64,000 nt of DNA from Allosphingosinicella sp. (GCA_036387855.1 DASVSZ010000030.1:802-64801), one strand, 5' to 3'. Counted from the first letter of the stretch, positions 47,767 to 59,780 are shown. Translations and numbers: made by a program. Notes: generated by a model not told the origin, from the sequence alone.

Positions 47767-49071
47767 TCAGATCGCCCCCAGCGCCTGGTCGAAATCCGCG
47801 ATCAGATCGTCGGGATCCTCGACGCCGATCGAGATGCGCACGAGATTATCGGTGATCCCGAGAGCCTGCTTGCGCTCATCGGGGACGGACAGGTGAGTCA
47901 TCGCCGCCGGCGCGCTGGCCAGCGTCTCGGTGCCGCCCAGGCTTACCGCCAGCTTGGCGATCTTGAGCGCGTCGAGGAATGCGAACGCCTCGCGCTCGCC
48001 GCCGCGCAGATACAGCGAGAAGGTCGAGCCGGCACCGGTGCAATGACGGCGGTAAATGTCCGCTTGGCGGTCATTTTTGAGGAAGCCGAGATAGCCGACG
48101 CTCTCCACCTTGGGATGATCGCGGAAGAACTCGCACACCTTGACCGCGTTCTCGCCGGCCCGCGACATACGCAGTTCGAGCGTCTCGAGGCTGCGCAACA
48201 GCATCCAGGCGGTGTTCGGATCGGTGATCGTGCCGATCGTGTTGCGCATCATACGGATCGGCGTGATCAGCGCCTTCGCCCCAACCACGCCGCCAGCGAC
48301 GAGATCGCTGTGCCCGCCCGCATATTTGGTGAGCGAATAGACCGACAGGTCCGCGCCATGTTCGAGCGGCTTGGACCAGAGTGGCCCCAGAAATGTGTTG
48401 TCGATCGCGATCGGCGGGCGCTCGTCCTCGCCGAACACGGCGGCCCGCGCTGCGGCCACGGCCTGGACGTCGACCAGCACATTGGTCGGGTTGGCCGGGC
48501 TTTCGAGGTAAATGAGCGAGACGCGGCCCTGTGCCCTGGCGCGGTCCAGCACCGCTTCGATCTCCTCGCGCGTCGCGCCCGCCGGGAAATCGAGCCAGGT
48601 TACCCCGAACTTGCCGAGGATGCGCCCGATCAAGGTCTCGGTCGCGGCGTAAAGCGGCCCGGAATGGACGATCACGTCGCCGGGCTGGACGAAGGTCAGC
48701 AACAGGGTGGCGATCGCCGACATGCCGGACGAGAAGGTCAGCGCGTCCTCCGCATCCTCCCAAAGCCCGAGCCGGTCCTCCAAAATCTCCTGGTTGGGGC
48801 CGTTGAAGCGCGAATAGACGAGCCCTTCCGATCCGCCCGGGCGCTTTCCGGTGACGCCCTCGAAATGGCGCTTGCCGGCCGCCGCATTCTCGAAGACGAA
48901 CGTCGAGGTCAGGAATATCGGCGCTTTGAGCGACCCTTCCGACAGGGCCGGATCATAGCCGTGGCCCATCATCAAGGTGGCGGGCTTGAGCTTGCGATTG
49001 TTGATCGCCAGCACGTCGGGCTTGGGCCGGCGACGCGGCGTTGCGCCGGACAGGTCTGCTTCGTCTTCCAT
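47767..49071 (-). CDS. Cystathionine gamma-synthase / methionine gamma-lyase family PLP enzyme
   Basis: YSRFNGPN, SSGMSAI, ESPANP, DNTF, SLTKYAGGHSD, AVSLGG. Confidence 0.92.
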   Translation of the reverse strand: MEDEADLSGATPRRRPKPDVLAINNRKLKPATLMMGHGYDPALSEGSLKAPIFLTSTFVFENAAAGKRHFEGVTGKRPGGSEGLVYSRFNGPNQEILEDRLGLWEDAEDALTFSSGMSAIATLLLTFVQPGDVIVHSGPLYAATETLIGRILGKFGVTWLDFPAGATREEIEAVLDRARAQGRVSLIYLESPANPTNVLVDVQAVAAARAAVFGEDERPPIAIDNTFLGPLWSKPLEHGADLSVYSLTKYAGGHSDLVAGGVVGAKALITPIRMMRNTIGTITDPNTAWMLLRSLETLELRMSRAGENAVKVCEFFRDHPKVESVGYLGFLKNDRQADIYRRHCTGAGSTFSLYLRGGEREAFAFLDALKIAKLAVSLGGTETLASAPAAMTHLSVPDERKQALGITDNLVRISIGVEDPDDLIADFDQALGAI

Positions 49072-49089
49072 ATCGTTCGTCCTCTCAAA

Positions 49090-49179
49090 CCGTTCGGGCT
49101 GAGCCTGTTGAAGCCTTCCTTTCGCAACCGGGTCGGCGGCAGAAAAAAGGGAGCCCTTCGTCAGGCTCAGGGCGAACGG
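49090..49179. repeat. REP-like doublet, family E (CCGTTCGGGCTGAGCCTG ... CAGGCTCAGGGCGAACGG)
   Basis: About 25-bp imperfect inverted arms. Confidence 0.8.
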
Positions 49180-49201
49180 AGTGGGTGATGTCGGGCGGTG
49201 C

Positions 49202-50617
49202 TTAGCCGATCATAGCCGCAATGATCCAGACCACTCCCACCATGATCGGGATGCCGGCCAGATCGAGCAGCAGCCCCGCCTTGAGCATTCGCGGCAGCGC
49301 GATGTGCCCGGTCGCCCAGGCGATCGCGTTGGGGCCGGTGCCGGACGGCAGCATGAAGCCCCAGCTGGACGCAAAGGCGGCCGGCAAGGCGAGCAGGATC
49401 GGATCGATCCCGGTTGCCAGGATCAGCCCACCGACCACCGGAATGATCCCGCTCGCGGTGGCGACGTTGGAGGCGAATTCGGTGATCAGCACGACGATCC
49501 CGACCAGCAGCAGCGCAACGACGAGCGGCGACACCGTCTTGAGCGGGGCAAGCGCGGTGCCGAGCCACGCCGCCAGGCCGCTCTCGCCGATGCCCGCCGC
49601 CAGCGCCAGCCCACCGCCGAACATCATGATCACGCCCCACGGCGCCCGGTTGGCTTCCTCCCAGTTCAGGATCGGCCGGCCGGTCCCGTCGGGGATGATG
49701 AACAGCAGCAGCGCGCCGAGCACCGCGACCGATCCATCGGTCAGCGCGTCCTTCGGAAGAAAGGGCGATACGAGCGGGACGGCGATCCAGGCCAGCACCA
49801 CCGCAACCACCAAGGGGACCAGGCGGCGCTCGGCAATGCTCCAGCGCCCGACCTCGCCGATCCCGGCGCGCGCGGCGACCGCGTCGAAATCGCCCGGTCG
49901 CACCCGCTGCACCTTGAGCAGGATCAGCCAGCACAGCGGGATCGCGACCAGGACGACGGGCATCCCGTAAAGCGCCCAAGTGAGGAAATCGATCTTGAGC
50001 CCGGTCGAGCGCTCGACGATGCCGGCGGCGATCGCGTTGGTCGGTGATCCGACCAGGGTTCCGAGCCCGCCGATCGACGCGGCAAAGGCGATCCCCATCA
50101 CCAGCGCGCCCGGGAAGCCGTCCGTCTCGCCTTCGGGGATCCGCGCCGCCTTGAGGATGGCGACGCCGATCGGGATCATGATCAGGGTTGTCGCCGTGTT
50201 GGACACGATCAGGCTGAGCGTCGCGGTCGCGATCATGAAGGCGAGCAGCAACGCCGCCGGGGTCTTCCCGCCGCGCGCGATGATCGCGAGCGCGAGCCGG
50301 CGGTGCAGCCCGGTCCGCTCGATCGCCAGCGCGATGATCGCGCCGCCGAGCACCAGGAACAGGATCGGCGAATAATAAGCCGCCGCGGTTTCGTTGGCGC
50401 TCATGATGCCCAGCATGGGAAAGGCCAGGAACGGCACCAAAGCCGTGGCGGTGAGCGGCAGCGCCTGCGTCATCCACCACACCGCCATCAGCGCGATCAC
50501 CGCCGCCGCCCGCCAGGCCGGCTCCGGCATGGCTCCCGGCGCGGGCAGCAGCATCATGCCCAGGAACAGGGCCAGGCCGCCCCACAAGCCAATCCGCTCC
50601 GTCACAACCCGCATCAT
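49202..50617 (-). CDS. SLC13/DASS sodium:anion symporter
   Basis: SNTAT, GSPTN, SNVAT, GTGPN motifs. Confidence 0.92.
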   Translation of the reverse strand: MMRVVTERIGLWGGLALFLGMMLLPAPGAMPEPAWRAAAVIALMAVWWMTQALPLTATALVPFLAFPMLGIMSANETAAAYYSPILFLVLGGAIIALAIERTGLHRRLALAIIARGGKTPAALLLAFMIATATLSLIVSNTATTLIMIPIGVAILKAARIPEGETDGFPGALVMGIAFAASIGGLGTLVGSPTNAIAAGIVERSTGLKIDFLTWALYGMPVVLVAIPLCWLILLKVQRVRPGDFDAVAARAGIGEVGRWSIAERRLVPLVVAVVLAWIAVPLVSPFLPKDALTDGSVAVLGALLLFIIPDGTGRPILNWEEANRAPWGVIMMFGGGLALAAGIGESGLAAWLGTALAPLKTVSPLVVALLLVGIVVLITEFASNVATASGIIPVVGGLILATGIDPILLALPAAFASSWGFMLPSGTGPNAIAWATGHIALPRMLKAGLLLDLAGIPIMVGVVWIIAAMIG

Positions 50618-50678
50618 GGCGGAGGATGGGCGCCCTGCAAAGGGTGACCCGAGCGGGGCTTTGTGCTATGCGACACGC

Positions 50679-50918
50679 ATGCGCGTCCCCGGCCATCCCC
50701 GCATCGACATCGATCCCGAAATCTGCTCCGGCAAGCCCTGCGTCGCAGGAACGCGAATGCGCGCTGCGGACATCCTCCGCGGCCTGTCGAGCGGTGACAC
50801 CGAAGAGGATCTTCTCGAAAGCTTCCCCTATTTAAGTCTTGAGGACATCCGTGCGTGTCTCGCCTTTGCTGCATATGTGACCGCGCAACCTGTGGCTCTC
50901 GCCGAAGCGGCTGAGTGA
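50679..50918 (+). CDS. DUF433 antitoxin
   Basis: DPEICSGKPCVAGTR, FPYLSLEDIRACL. Confidence 0.9.
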   Translation: MRVPGHPRIDIDPEICSGKPCVAGTRMRAADILRGLSSGDTEEDLLESFPYLSLEDIRACLAFAAYVTAQPVALAEAAE

Positions 50919-51514
50919 AGTTCGTCATCGATGCGCAGCTGCCGCCCGATCTGTGCGGTTGGCTGAAGAACCGCCACCCTGTCGCCATACATGTCACGGC
51001 GATCCGGTCGGGCCGTTTTCCCGATTCAGAGATCGCCGATTGGGCGCGGCGCAATCAACATATCGTCATCAGCAAGGATGAGGACTTCGTCACGCTCGCA
51101 TCGGCGGGGCGATGTTCGGCGATACGGCTGCGATGCGGCAATCTGTCGACCGCGAAGCTGCTGGCGTGGCTGGAATCGCGCTGGTCAGCAATGGAGACCC
51201 AGCTACTCGAGGGCCGGCTGATGATCGACGTCGACCAATCCTCAACCGGGCAGCGCGATCAGGCTGATCTGGCGGCCGTAATCGGGCTCGCCGCGATGGG
51301 TCGCGCGGCGGTAGCTGTAGAAGCGGTCGGGGTTCGAATAGGTGTCCAGTCCCAGCGCCTCCACCCGAGTGACGCCGGCGAAGGCAAGCCGGGACAAAAC
51401 AAAGGCTTCGATGTCGAACTGATGTCGCCCCACCCGGCCGGCCGAGAAGAACCGCTCATGCGCGGGATCGCCCGCGACGAACCGCGCGAGGAAGCCCTCG
51501 TCCACCTCGTATGA
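50915..51514 (+). CDS. DUF5615 PIN-like toxin with a read-through C-terminal extension
   Basis: KFVIDAQLPP, DSEI, ISKDEDF, RCGNLS; overlaps pgeF on the opposite strand by 273 bp. Confidence 0.82.
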   Translation: MKFVIDAQLPPDLCGWLKNRHPVAIHVTAIRSGRFPDSEIADWARRNQHIVISKDEDFVTLASAGRCSAIRLRCGNLSTAKLLAWLESRWSAMETQLLEGRLMIDVDQSSTGQRDQADLAAVIGLAAMGRAAVAVEAVGVRIGVQSQRLHPSDAGEGKPGQNKGFDVELMSPHPAGREEPLMRGIARDEPREEALVHLV

Positions 51515-52006
51515 CTTGCGCGAGATCGTGGGGCCGACAGCGGCGGCGATCCGGGCGCGGTCGGCGCCGAGCTTCTCCATTTCGGCCAGGGTTGAGTCCA
51601 CCACGCCGGCCAGCGCGCCTTTCCAGCCGGCATGAGCGGCGCCGATCACGCCGGCCTGAGTGTCGGCGAACAGCACCGGCGTGCAATCGGCGGTGAGGAT
51701 GCCGAGCGCGAGGCCGGGCCGGTCGGTGACCAAAGCATCGGCCCGCGGGCGGGCATCGTCGGGCCAGGGCGTCGTCAGGGGGATCGCCGTCGCCGAATGC
51801 ACCTGGTGCAGGCTGACCAGCCGCGCCCGGGGCGCCACCGCTTCAATCGCCAGGTGCCGATTGGCCCGCACCGCCTCCGGATCGTCGTCCGATCCAAGGC
51901 CGACATTCAGCCCGGCGCAAACGCCTGTCGACACCCCTCCGCGCCGGCCGAGAAAGCCATGCGGCAAGCCGGCGAGCGCTGCCGATCGGATCACTTCGAC
52001 GCTCAT
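51242..52006 (-). CDS. pgeF: Peptidoglycan editing factor PgeF (YfiH)
   Basis: QVHS, ADALVT, TADC, AHAGWKG, FYSYRR. Confidence 0.93.
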   Translation of the reverse strand: MSVEVIRSAALAGLPHGFLGRRGGVSTGVCAGLNVGLGSDDDPEAVRANRHLAIEAVAPRARLVSLHQVHSATAIPLTTPWPDDARPRADALVTDRPGLALGILTADCTPVLFADTQAGVIGAAHAGWKGALAGVVDSTLAEMEKLGADRARIAAAVGPTISRKSYEVDEGFLARFVAGDPAHERFFSAGRVGRHQFDIEAFVLSRLAFAGVTRVEALGLDTYSNPDRFYSYRRATHRGEPDYGRQISLIALPG

Positions 52007-52527
52007 CGCGCACCCCGCAGATCGAGCCGCATGACATGGTCCTCGTCGGCATGCGTCCCGACCATGAAGGCGTAAACGCCAACGAACTCGAACCCGTAAC
52101 GTTCGTAAAAGCGCCGGGCGCGGTGATTGTCGACAAAGACGGACAGGTAGAGTTCCTCTGCGCCGCGCGCCTTGGCCCACGCGATCGTCCACGTCATCAG
52201 TTCGGGGGCGATGCCCTCGCCCTGCCAGGGCTTCAGGACGTAGAATTGCCGGAGTTCGATCGCTGCACCGCGTGGCTCGAACGGCAAGGAAGTCGGCCCG
52301 AGCTTGGCGTAAGCAACGAGTGCGCCTTCCGCTTCGGCGACCCGGATCGCGAAGGCGGGATCGGCCAGCTGCTCGCGCCAGCCCGGTTCGTTGTGGGTCA
52401 GCAGGAAGGCGTCGAGGTCGTTGCGGGCGTAAAGATGACCGAAGGTCTCAACGAATGTGCGCCGGCCGAGGTCCGCCAACGCCGAGGCGTCATCCACGCC
52501 CGCGTCGCGAAAGCTGACCGCGCTCAT
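52003..52527 (-). CDS. GNAT family N-acetyltransferase
   Basis: YVLKPWQGEGIA, NHRARRFYERYGF. Confidence 0.9.
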   Translation of the reverse strand: MSAVSFRDAGVDDASALADLGRRTFVETFGHLYARNDLDAFLLTHNEPGWREQLADPAFAIRVAEAEGALVAYAKLGPTSLPFEPRGAAIELRQFYVLKPWQGEGIAPELMTWTIAWAKARGAEELYLSVFVDNHRARRFYERYGFEFVGVYAFMVGTHADEDHVMRLDLRGAR

Positions 52528-53567
52528 GCGAACCCGGCCGGGTCCGGCCAGCTTGGCGCGACCACAGCGAGCACCCGGAACAACTCACCCATCTGGTCCG
52601 GCGCGGTCAGCCGGTGGCGCGCGGATTCGATCTCCGACGCACGCGCCGGGGCGGCTTTCACGAGCGAAGCGGCGCGCTCGTCAATCCCGAGCGCCCGCAG
52701 CCAGGCACCTTGTCCGACCGGCCCGACGACCCGCACGCCCTCGGCCCGGGCCGCCTCGCCGAGCGCGCCGAAATCGACATGAGCGGTCAGGTCGCGCTCG
52801 CCGGGCCGGGACCACGGATCGGCGAAGGCATGCCGCGATACCGCTTGCAGCGTCTCGCCGGCGCTTGTCCGGTTATGGCCATAATCGATGATCAACGCCG
52901 CGCCTCCGCTCGAGGCGATCATCTGCGCGAGCTGGCGCAGGACGGCAAGCGCGGCCGGCGACGTCTCGATCACCGTGCCGGGCGGCGCGGCACGCAGCTG
53001 CGGCGGGATCGGGCCGGTGCCGACCGGCGGCCCGGGCAGAGGCATGAAGCGTCCTTCATGCCAGCCGACCAGCCGCTCGTGCCAGCCCCGCTCCGTGCGG
53101 ACCAGCTGCCGCACTGGCAGCGCATCGAAGAATTCGTTGGCCACGGCCAGCACGGGGCCGTTGGCAAGGATGGAGCCCACTTCTTCGTGCCATCGGGCAT
53201 CCGGCACCCGCTCGGCCTGCGCCTTCCGCAGCGTCGGGCTGGTCTCGACGCAGTGAACCGGCGGCCGCAGCCCCGCCGAGCGCATCGCCCGCAACGCATC
53301 GGCCGCGAGCGTGCCGCGTCCCGGCCCAAGCTCGAGGTACGTGGTGTCCGGCGGCGCGCCGGCCCGCACCCACAAATCCGCGAGGCACAGCCCCACCAGC
53401 TCGCCGAACATCTGGCTGATCTCGGGCGCGGTGGTGAAATCGCCGGCCGCGCCCAGCGGATCGCGGCTCGCGTAATAATGCGCGTTCGCCTGCGCCATAT
53501 ATTGGGCGACCGTGATCGGTCCGCCGCTCTCGATCGAGCGAGACAGCCGGGTCGTCAGATCGGACAC
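52524..53567 (-). CDS. SAM-dependent methyltransferase (MidA/NDUFAF7 family)
   Basis: GDFTTAPEISQMFGE, ELGPGRG, NEFFDALP, IDYG, DLTAHVDF. Confidence 0.92.
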   Translation of the reverse strand: MSDLTTRLSRSIESGGPITVAQYMAQANAHYYASRDPLGAAGDFTTAPEISQMFGELVGLCLADLWVRAGAPPDTTYLELGPGRGTLAADALRAMRSAGLRPPVHCVETSPTLRKAQAERVPDARWHEEVGSILANGPVLAVANEFFDALPVRQLVRTERGWHERLVGWHEGRFMPLPGPPVGTGPIPPQLRAAPPGTVIETSPAALAVLRQLAQMIASSGGAALIIDYGHNRTSAGETLQAVSRHAFADPWSRPGERDLTAHVDFGALGEAARAEGVRVVGPVGQGAWLRALGIDERAASLVKAAPARASEIESARHRLTAPDQMGELFRVLAVVAPSWPDPAGFA

Positions 53568-53575
53568 GCTCAGTC

Positions 53576-54445
53576 TTACGCGACGCTTTCCGTCCCCGCG
53601 ATCGACTCCACCCGTTGCCGCCGCCCCTTCGCCGTCGAGACCAGATACAGGCCTCCCAGAATCATCGGCACCGTCAAGGTCTGGCCCATTGTCAAACCCC
53701 AGGGCAGGTTTTCCAGGCCCTGGTCGGGCTGCCGCACCAGTTCGACCAGGAACCGGCTGAGCCCGTAAATCAGGATGAAGGCGCCGACGAGCTTGCCCGG
53801 CTGGTAGCGCGCGTCCGTGCGCCAGAACAGGAACCACAGGATCAAGCCGAGCAGCAGTCCTTCCAGCCCCGCCTCATACAGCTGGCTCGGGTGGCGCGGC
53901 ATCTCGCCGCCGCCGGGGAACACCACGCCCCAGGGCACGTCCGTCGCCCGTCCCCACAATTCGCCGTTCACGAAGTTGGCGAGCCGGCCGAAGAACAATC
54001 CGAACGGCACGCAGCAAGCGACGTAATCGTGGATTCGCAGCCACGGCAAGCCGTGCTTGCGCGCCATGTAGAGGATGCCCAGGCTGACCCCGATCACGCC
54101 GCCGTGGAACGACATGCCGCCATCCCACAATTGCGGGATCTCCAGCGGGTTCTGGAGGTAGAAGCCCGGCCGGTAGAACAGCACATAGCCCAGTCGCCCG
54201 CCCAGCAGCACGCCGAGCGTCGCATAGAACACCATGTCGTCGGCATGGCGCCGGGCCATCGGCGCGCCAGGCCGCGCGATCAGCTTCAGCAGGTACCACC
54301 AGCCGAGCACGATGCCGGCGAGATAGGCCAGCGAGTACCAGCGCAGCTGAAAGAAGCCGAGATCCAGCGCGATCGGGCTCAGCCCCAGCGCGTCCCAGCG
54401 GATCGGCGCTCCCGCCGCCGCGCTTACCAACATCCACGTCGACAA
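53576..54445 (-). CDS. lgt: Prolipoprotein diacylglyceryl transferase
   Basis: [31 protein letters not shown]. Confidence 0.97.
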   Translation of the reverse strand: MSTWMLVSAAAGAPIRWDALGLSPIALDLGFFQLRWYSLAYLAGIVLGWWYLLKLIARPGAPMARRHADDMVFYATLGVLLGGRLGYVLFYRPGFYLQNPLEIPQLWDGGMSFHGGVIGVSLGILYMARKHGLPWLRIHDYVACCVPFGLFFGRLANFVNGELWGRATDVPWGVVFPGGGEMPRHPSQLYEAGLEGLLLGLILWFLFWRTDARYQPGKLVGAFILIYGLSRFLVELVRQPDQGLENLPWGLTMGQTLTVPMILGGLYLVSTAKGRRQRVESIAGTESVA

Positions 54446-54505
54446 AGACTTCCCCCTGAGACCTCATCCCCTCATAATGGCGGAAAAATGGGAGCGGAAG
54501 GGCGC

Positions 54506-56215
<1,710 letters not shown>

Positions 56216-56257
56216 CGAGAAACGAGCACGCTGGAATTCATTGCGAAAAAGCGGGAT

Positions 56258-58489
56258 GTGCCCTCGGTGTCCGCCGCTCGCTCACCCATAACCCGACGCA
56301 CCCTGCTGATCGGCGGTGGCGCGGGTGTGGGACTTGCGCTTGCCTGGGCCTTGTGGCCGCGCGGCTACCAGCCCAATCTGCGCGCCGGCAAGGGCGAGAC
56401 CCTGTTCAACGCCTTTCTCAAGATCGGCCGCGATGGGCGGGTAATCGTGGCGGTGCCGCAGGCGGAACTGGGACAGGGCGTTTACACCAGTCTGCCTCAG
56501 ATTCTCGCCGACGAGCTTGGCGCGGACTGGCGCACAGTCTCGGTCGAGCCCGCGCCGCTCAGCCCGCTTTATGCCAATCAGTTGCTCGCCGAACAGCTGA
56601 GCGGAAGTGATCTGCCCAGCCCGCTCCAAGGCATCCGACGCTGGGCGGCGCGCGAATATGCAAGCCGCAATGCGCTGATGCTGACCGGCGGCTCGACCTC
56701 GGTCCGCGCGTTCGAGCCGCGGCTGCGCGAAGCCGGCGCCGCCGCCCGCGCCCTGCTCAGCCTGGCCGCGGCGGAGCGTCTTGGCGTCAGCTGGGACCAG
56801 CTCGACACCGCTGGCGGCTTCGTCACTCACGGACGGCAGCGGATCGCATTCGCCGATCTTGCCGAAGCGGCGGCGAACCTCGACCTGCCGGAGGTGCTCC
56901 CGGTGCGGGGCGGGCTCGACAACCGGCTGACCGGCAAGCCGCTGCCGCGCCTCGATCTGCCCGCCAAGGTGGACGGCAGCGCCCTGTTCGCCGGCGACGT
57001 CCGCCTGCCCGACATGGTCTATGCCAGCGTTCGCGGCGGCCCGATCGGCGACAGCCGATTGGTGCAGGCCGACATCGACGCCGCCAACCGCATTCCCGGC
57101 GTGCTCGCCGCCTTCCAGGAGGAGAGCTGGGCGGGAGCCGCCGCGACCAACTGGTGGCTTGCCGATCGCGCCGTCCGGGCGATGAATCCGGCCTTCGAGA
57201 CCGCAGGGGTGCTGGTCGACGATGCGGGCATCGCCGCCAGGCTGAGCGAAGCGCTTGCCGGGGACGGCGCCGTGCGGCTGGTCGAGCGCGGCGATGCCGA
57301 CGCCGCCTTTGCCGACGGCGCGACGCTGGAAGCGCAATATTCCGTCGCCGCCGCCCCCAGCGCCGCGCCCGAAACGCTGACCGCGACCGCACGCCTGACC
57401 GGAGATCGCCTCGAGGTCTGGGCGCCGACGCAGGCGCCCTCGCTCGCCCGCGCCGCCGTGGCCCGCGCCGCCGGCCTCGCGCCGGGCGACGTCACCTTGT
57501 ACCCAACCCTGATCGGCGGCGGCTATGGCCGCAAGCTGGAGACGGCCGCGATCGAACAGGCGGTCATCATGGCGATCCGAATGCGGCGCCCCGTCCAGCT
57601 GGTCTGGTCCCGCACCCAGGAATGTATCGCCGACGGCTTCCGCCCACCCGCCCTGGCGAAGCTTTCGGCCAAGTTCGGCGCCGGCAAGCGCCTGACCGGC
57701 TGGCGCGCCCGGATCACGGTGCCGGACACCCTCGCCCAAGTCGTTGCCCGGCTGCGGGACGGCACGGCGGAGGCTGGCGCGGAAGCCGGGTCCGGAGCGA
57801 TCGCCGGCGCCGAGCCGCCTTATGCTATCGCCAATGTCTCGGTCGAACATGCCGCCGCCGATCTGGGCTTGCGCACCGGCGTCTGGCGCTCGGGCGCGCA
57901 CAGCTACAGCTGCTTTTTCACCGAAAGCTTCATCGACGAGCTGGCGCGGCTGGCGGGACTTGAGCCCTTTTCGTTTCGGATCGGCATGCTCGCCGACAAT
58001 CCCAGGCTCGCCCGCGCGCTGACCACGGTGACGGCGCTGGGCGGCTGGGACGGCGGCGGCTCGGGCAGCATGCAGGGCCTTGCCGCCCACAGCGCATTCG
58101 GCTCCCACGTCGCCCTGCTGGTCGAAGCCGGCGTCGAGGATGGCCGGATCCGAGTCGGCCGGGCGGTATGCGCGGTGGATTGCGGGCGGGTCGTCAATCC
58201 CGAGATCGTGCGCCAGCTTGTCGAAGGCGCGATCATTCACGGCATCTCGGCCGCCACCGGCGCCCGGCTCGGCTTCGATCGCGGCCTGCCCAGCATCCGT
58301 ACGCTCGCCCGCTACCGCTTGCCGCGGCTCCGCGACACGCCGGAGATCAGCGTCGAAATCATCGAAAGCGACGAGCCGCCCGGCGGCGTCACCGAACTCG
58401 CCGTTCCCCCGGTCGCGCCTGCCATCGCCAACGCGCTGTTCGCGAGCACCGGGCAACGCCTGCGCGCGCTGCCGTTGCAATTGGGATAG
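56258..58489 (+). CDS. Xanthine dehydrogenase family molybdopterin subunit (IorB-like)
   Basis: TRRTLL N-terminus, ELGQG, TGGSTS, GGGYGR, VDCG, IANALF. Confidence 0.9.
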   Translation: MPSVSAARSPITRRTLLIGGGAGVGLALAWALWPRGYQPNLRAGKGETLFNAFLKIGRDGRVIVAVPQAELGQGVYTSLPQILADELGADWRTVSVEPAPLSPLYANQLLAEQLSGSDLPSPLQGIRRWAAREYASRNALMLTGGSTSVRAFEPRLREAGAAARALLSLAAAERLGVSWDQLDTAGGFVTHGRQRIAFADLAEAAANLDLPEVLPVRGGLDNRLTGKPLPRLDLPAKVDGSALFAGDVRLPDMVYASVRGGPIGDSRLVQADIDAANRIPGVLAAFQEESWAGAAATNWWLADRAVRAMNPAFETAGVLVDDAGIAARLSEALAGDGAVRLVERGDADAAFADGATLEAQYSVAAAPSAAPETLTATARLTGDRLEVWAPTQAPSLARAAVARAAGLAPGDVTLYPTLIGGGYGRKLETAAIEQAVIMAIRMRRPVQLVWSRTQECIADGFRPPALAKLSAKFGAGKRLTGWRARITVPDTLAQVVARLRDGTAEAGAEAGSGAIAGAEPPYAIANVSVEHAAADLGLRTGVWRSGAHSYSCFFTESFIDELARLAGLEPFSFRIGMLADNPRLARALTTVTALGGWDGGGSGSMQGLAAHSAFGSHVALLVEAGVEDGRIRVGRAVCAVDCGRVVNPEIVRQLVEGAIIHGISAATGARLGFDRGLPSIRTLARYRLPRLRDTPEISVEIIESDEPPGGVTELAVPPVAPAIANALFASTGQRLRALPLQLG

Positions 58490-58539
58490 ACCCTTGGAAG
58501 CGCCCGCGTCGATGCCGGTCTTGGCCCATCGCTTCCTCC

Positions 58540-58632
58540 CGTCACCCCAGCGAAGGCTGGGGCCCAAGCTCGCTATATCACCGCGCCAGCGCGATCAGGT
58601 CGGCTTGGATGCCAGCCTGCGCTGGCACGACG
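58540..58632. repeat. REP-like doublet, family C
   Basis: CGTCACCCCAGCGAAGGCTGGGGCCCA ... TGGATGCCAGCCTGCGCTGGCACGACG. Confidence 0.85.
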
Positions 58633-58671
58633 ACGGGGATGGGGTAAGCGGGATTCCGCGGGACTGGAGGT

Positions 58672-58734
58672 GAAGCAATCAAGCCGCGACTCCGAGAAGC
58701 CGGATTGCTTCGTCGCGCCGCTCCCCGCAAGACG
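58672..58734. repeat. Degenerate palindromic element, family G (GAAGCAATC ... GATTGCTTCGTCGC)
   Basis: 9-bp perfect inverted arms; only one copy in the window. Confidence 0.55.
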
Positions 58735-58741
58735 GCGGGAG

Positions 58742-59749
58742 ATGATACCTCCGCCCGAACACCCCCGCATCCCGCCCCGCAAGGTCGGCGTCCTGCTGCT
58801 CAATCTCGGCACGCCCGATTCGCCGGAGCCGGGCGCGGTGCGCATTTATCTGCGCGAATTCCTGTCCGATCCGCGTGTGATCGAGATCCCCTACCTGGTC
58901 TGGCAGCCGATCCTGCGCGGCATCGTGCTGCGCACCCGGCCCAAGAAATCCGCCCATGCTTACAAGCAGGTGTGGAGCGACGAGGGGTCGCCGCTCGCCG
59001 CGATCACCGCGCGTCAGGCGCGGGCGCTCGCCGGCACGTGGGGGGATGGCGTCGTCGTCGATCATGCGATGCGCTATGGCCGCCCAACCATCGCCGAGCG
59101 CATCGACGCGCTCAAGGCGCAAGGGTGCGAACGCATCCTGCTCGCCCCGCTTTATCCGCAATATTGCGCCGCCACGACCGCGACCGCCAACGATTCGGCC
59201 TTTCGCCACCTCGCCACCTTGCGCTGGCAGCCCGCGATTCGAACCCTGCCGCCCTATCACGACGATCCGCTCTACATCGGCGCGCTGAAGGCGGTGCTGG
59301 AACGGGAGCTCGCGGCGCTGGACTTCGAGCCGGATGCTCTGGTCGCGAGCTTCCACGGGATGCCCGAGCGAACGCTGGAGCTTGGCGACCCCTATCATTG
59401 TCATTGCCAGAAGACCGCGCGATTGCTGGGCGAAGCGATGAGACGCGAGCTGATCGTCTCCTTCCAATCCCGTTTCGGCCGGGCGAAATGGCTGGGCCCG
59501 GCTACGGACGCGACGCTTGCCGAATTGCCCGCCAAGGGGGTGCGCAAAGTGGCGATATTCGCGCCGGGCTTTTCCGCCGATTGCCTGGAAACGCTGGAAG
59601 AGCTCGCCATTCGCGGCCGGGAGAGCTTCGAGGAGGCCGGCGGCACCCGTTTCGCCTACCTGCCCTGCCTCAATGACAGCGAGGAGGGCATGAACATGCT
59701 CCGCGCTCTCCTATCGCGGGAACTTGAAGGCTGGATTGGCGCTCAATAG
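58742..59749 (+). CDS. hemH: Ferrochelatase
   Basis: LLNLGTP, FLSDPRV, PLYPQY, SFHG, FQSRFG, DCLETLEE. Confidence 0.96.
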   Translation: MIPPPEHPRIPPRKVGVLLLNLGTPDSPEPGAVRIYLREFLSDPRVIEIPYLVWQPILRGIVLRTRPKKSAHAYKQVWSDEGSPLAAITARQARALAGTWGDGVVVDHAMRYGRPTIAERIDALKAQGCERILLAPLYPQYCAATTATANDSAFRHLATLRWQPAIRTLPPYHDDPLYIGALKAVLERELAALDFEPDALVASFHGMPERTLELGDPYHCHCQKTARLLGEAMRRELIVSFQSRFGRAKWLGPATDATLAELPAKGVRKVAIFAPGFSADCLETLEELAIRGRESFEEAGGTRFAYLPCLNDSEEGMNMLRALLSRELEGWIGAQ

Positions 59750-59780
59750 GGACAAAAGAAAACAACGAAGGAGAGAGCAT

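Noticed and set aside
49072-49201. SAM riboswitch upstream of the Cys/Met PLP enzyme
   Set aside because: The gap is filled by a family E inverted repeat; no SAM-II or SAM-SAH features recognised
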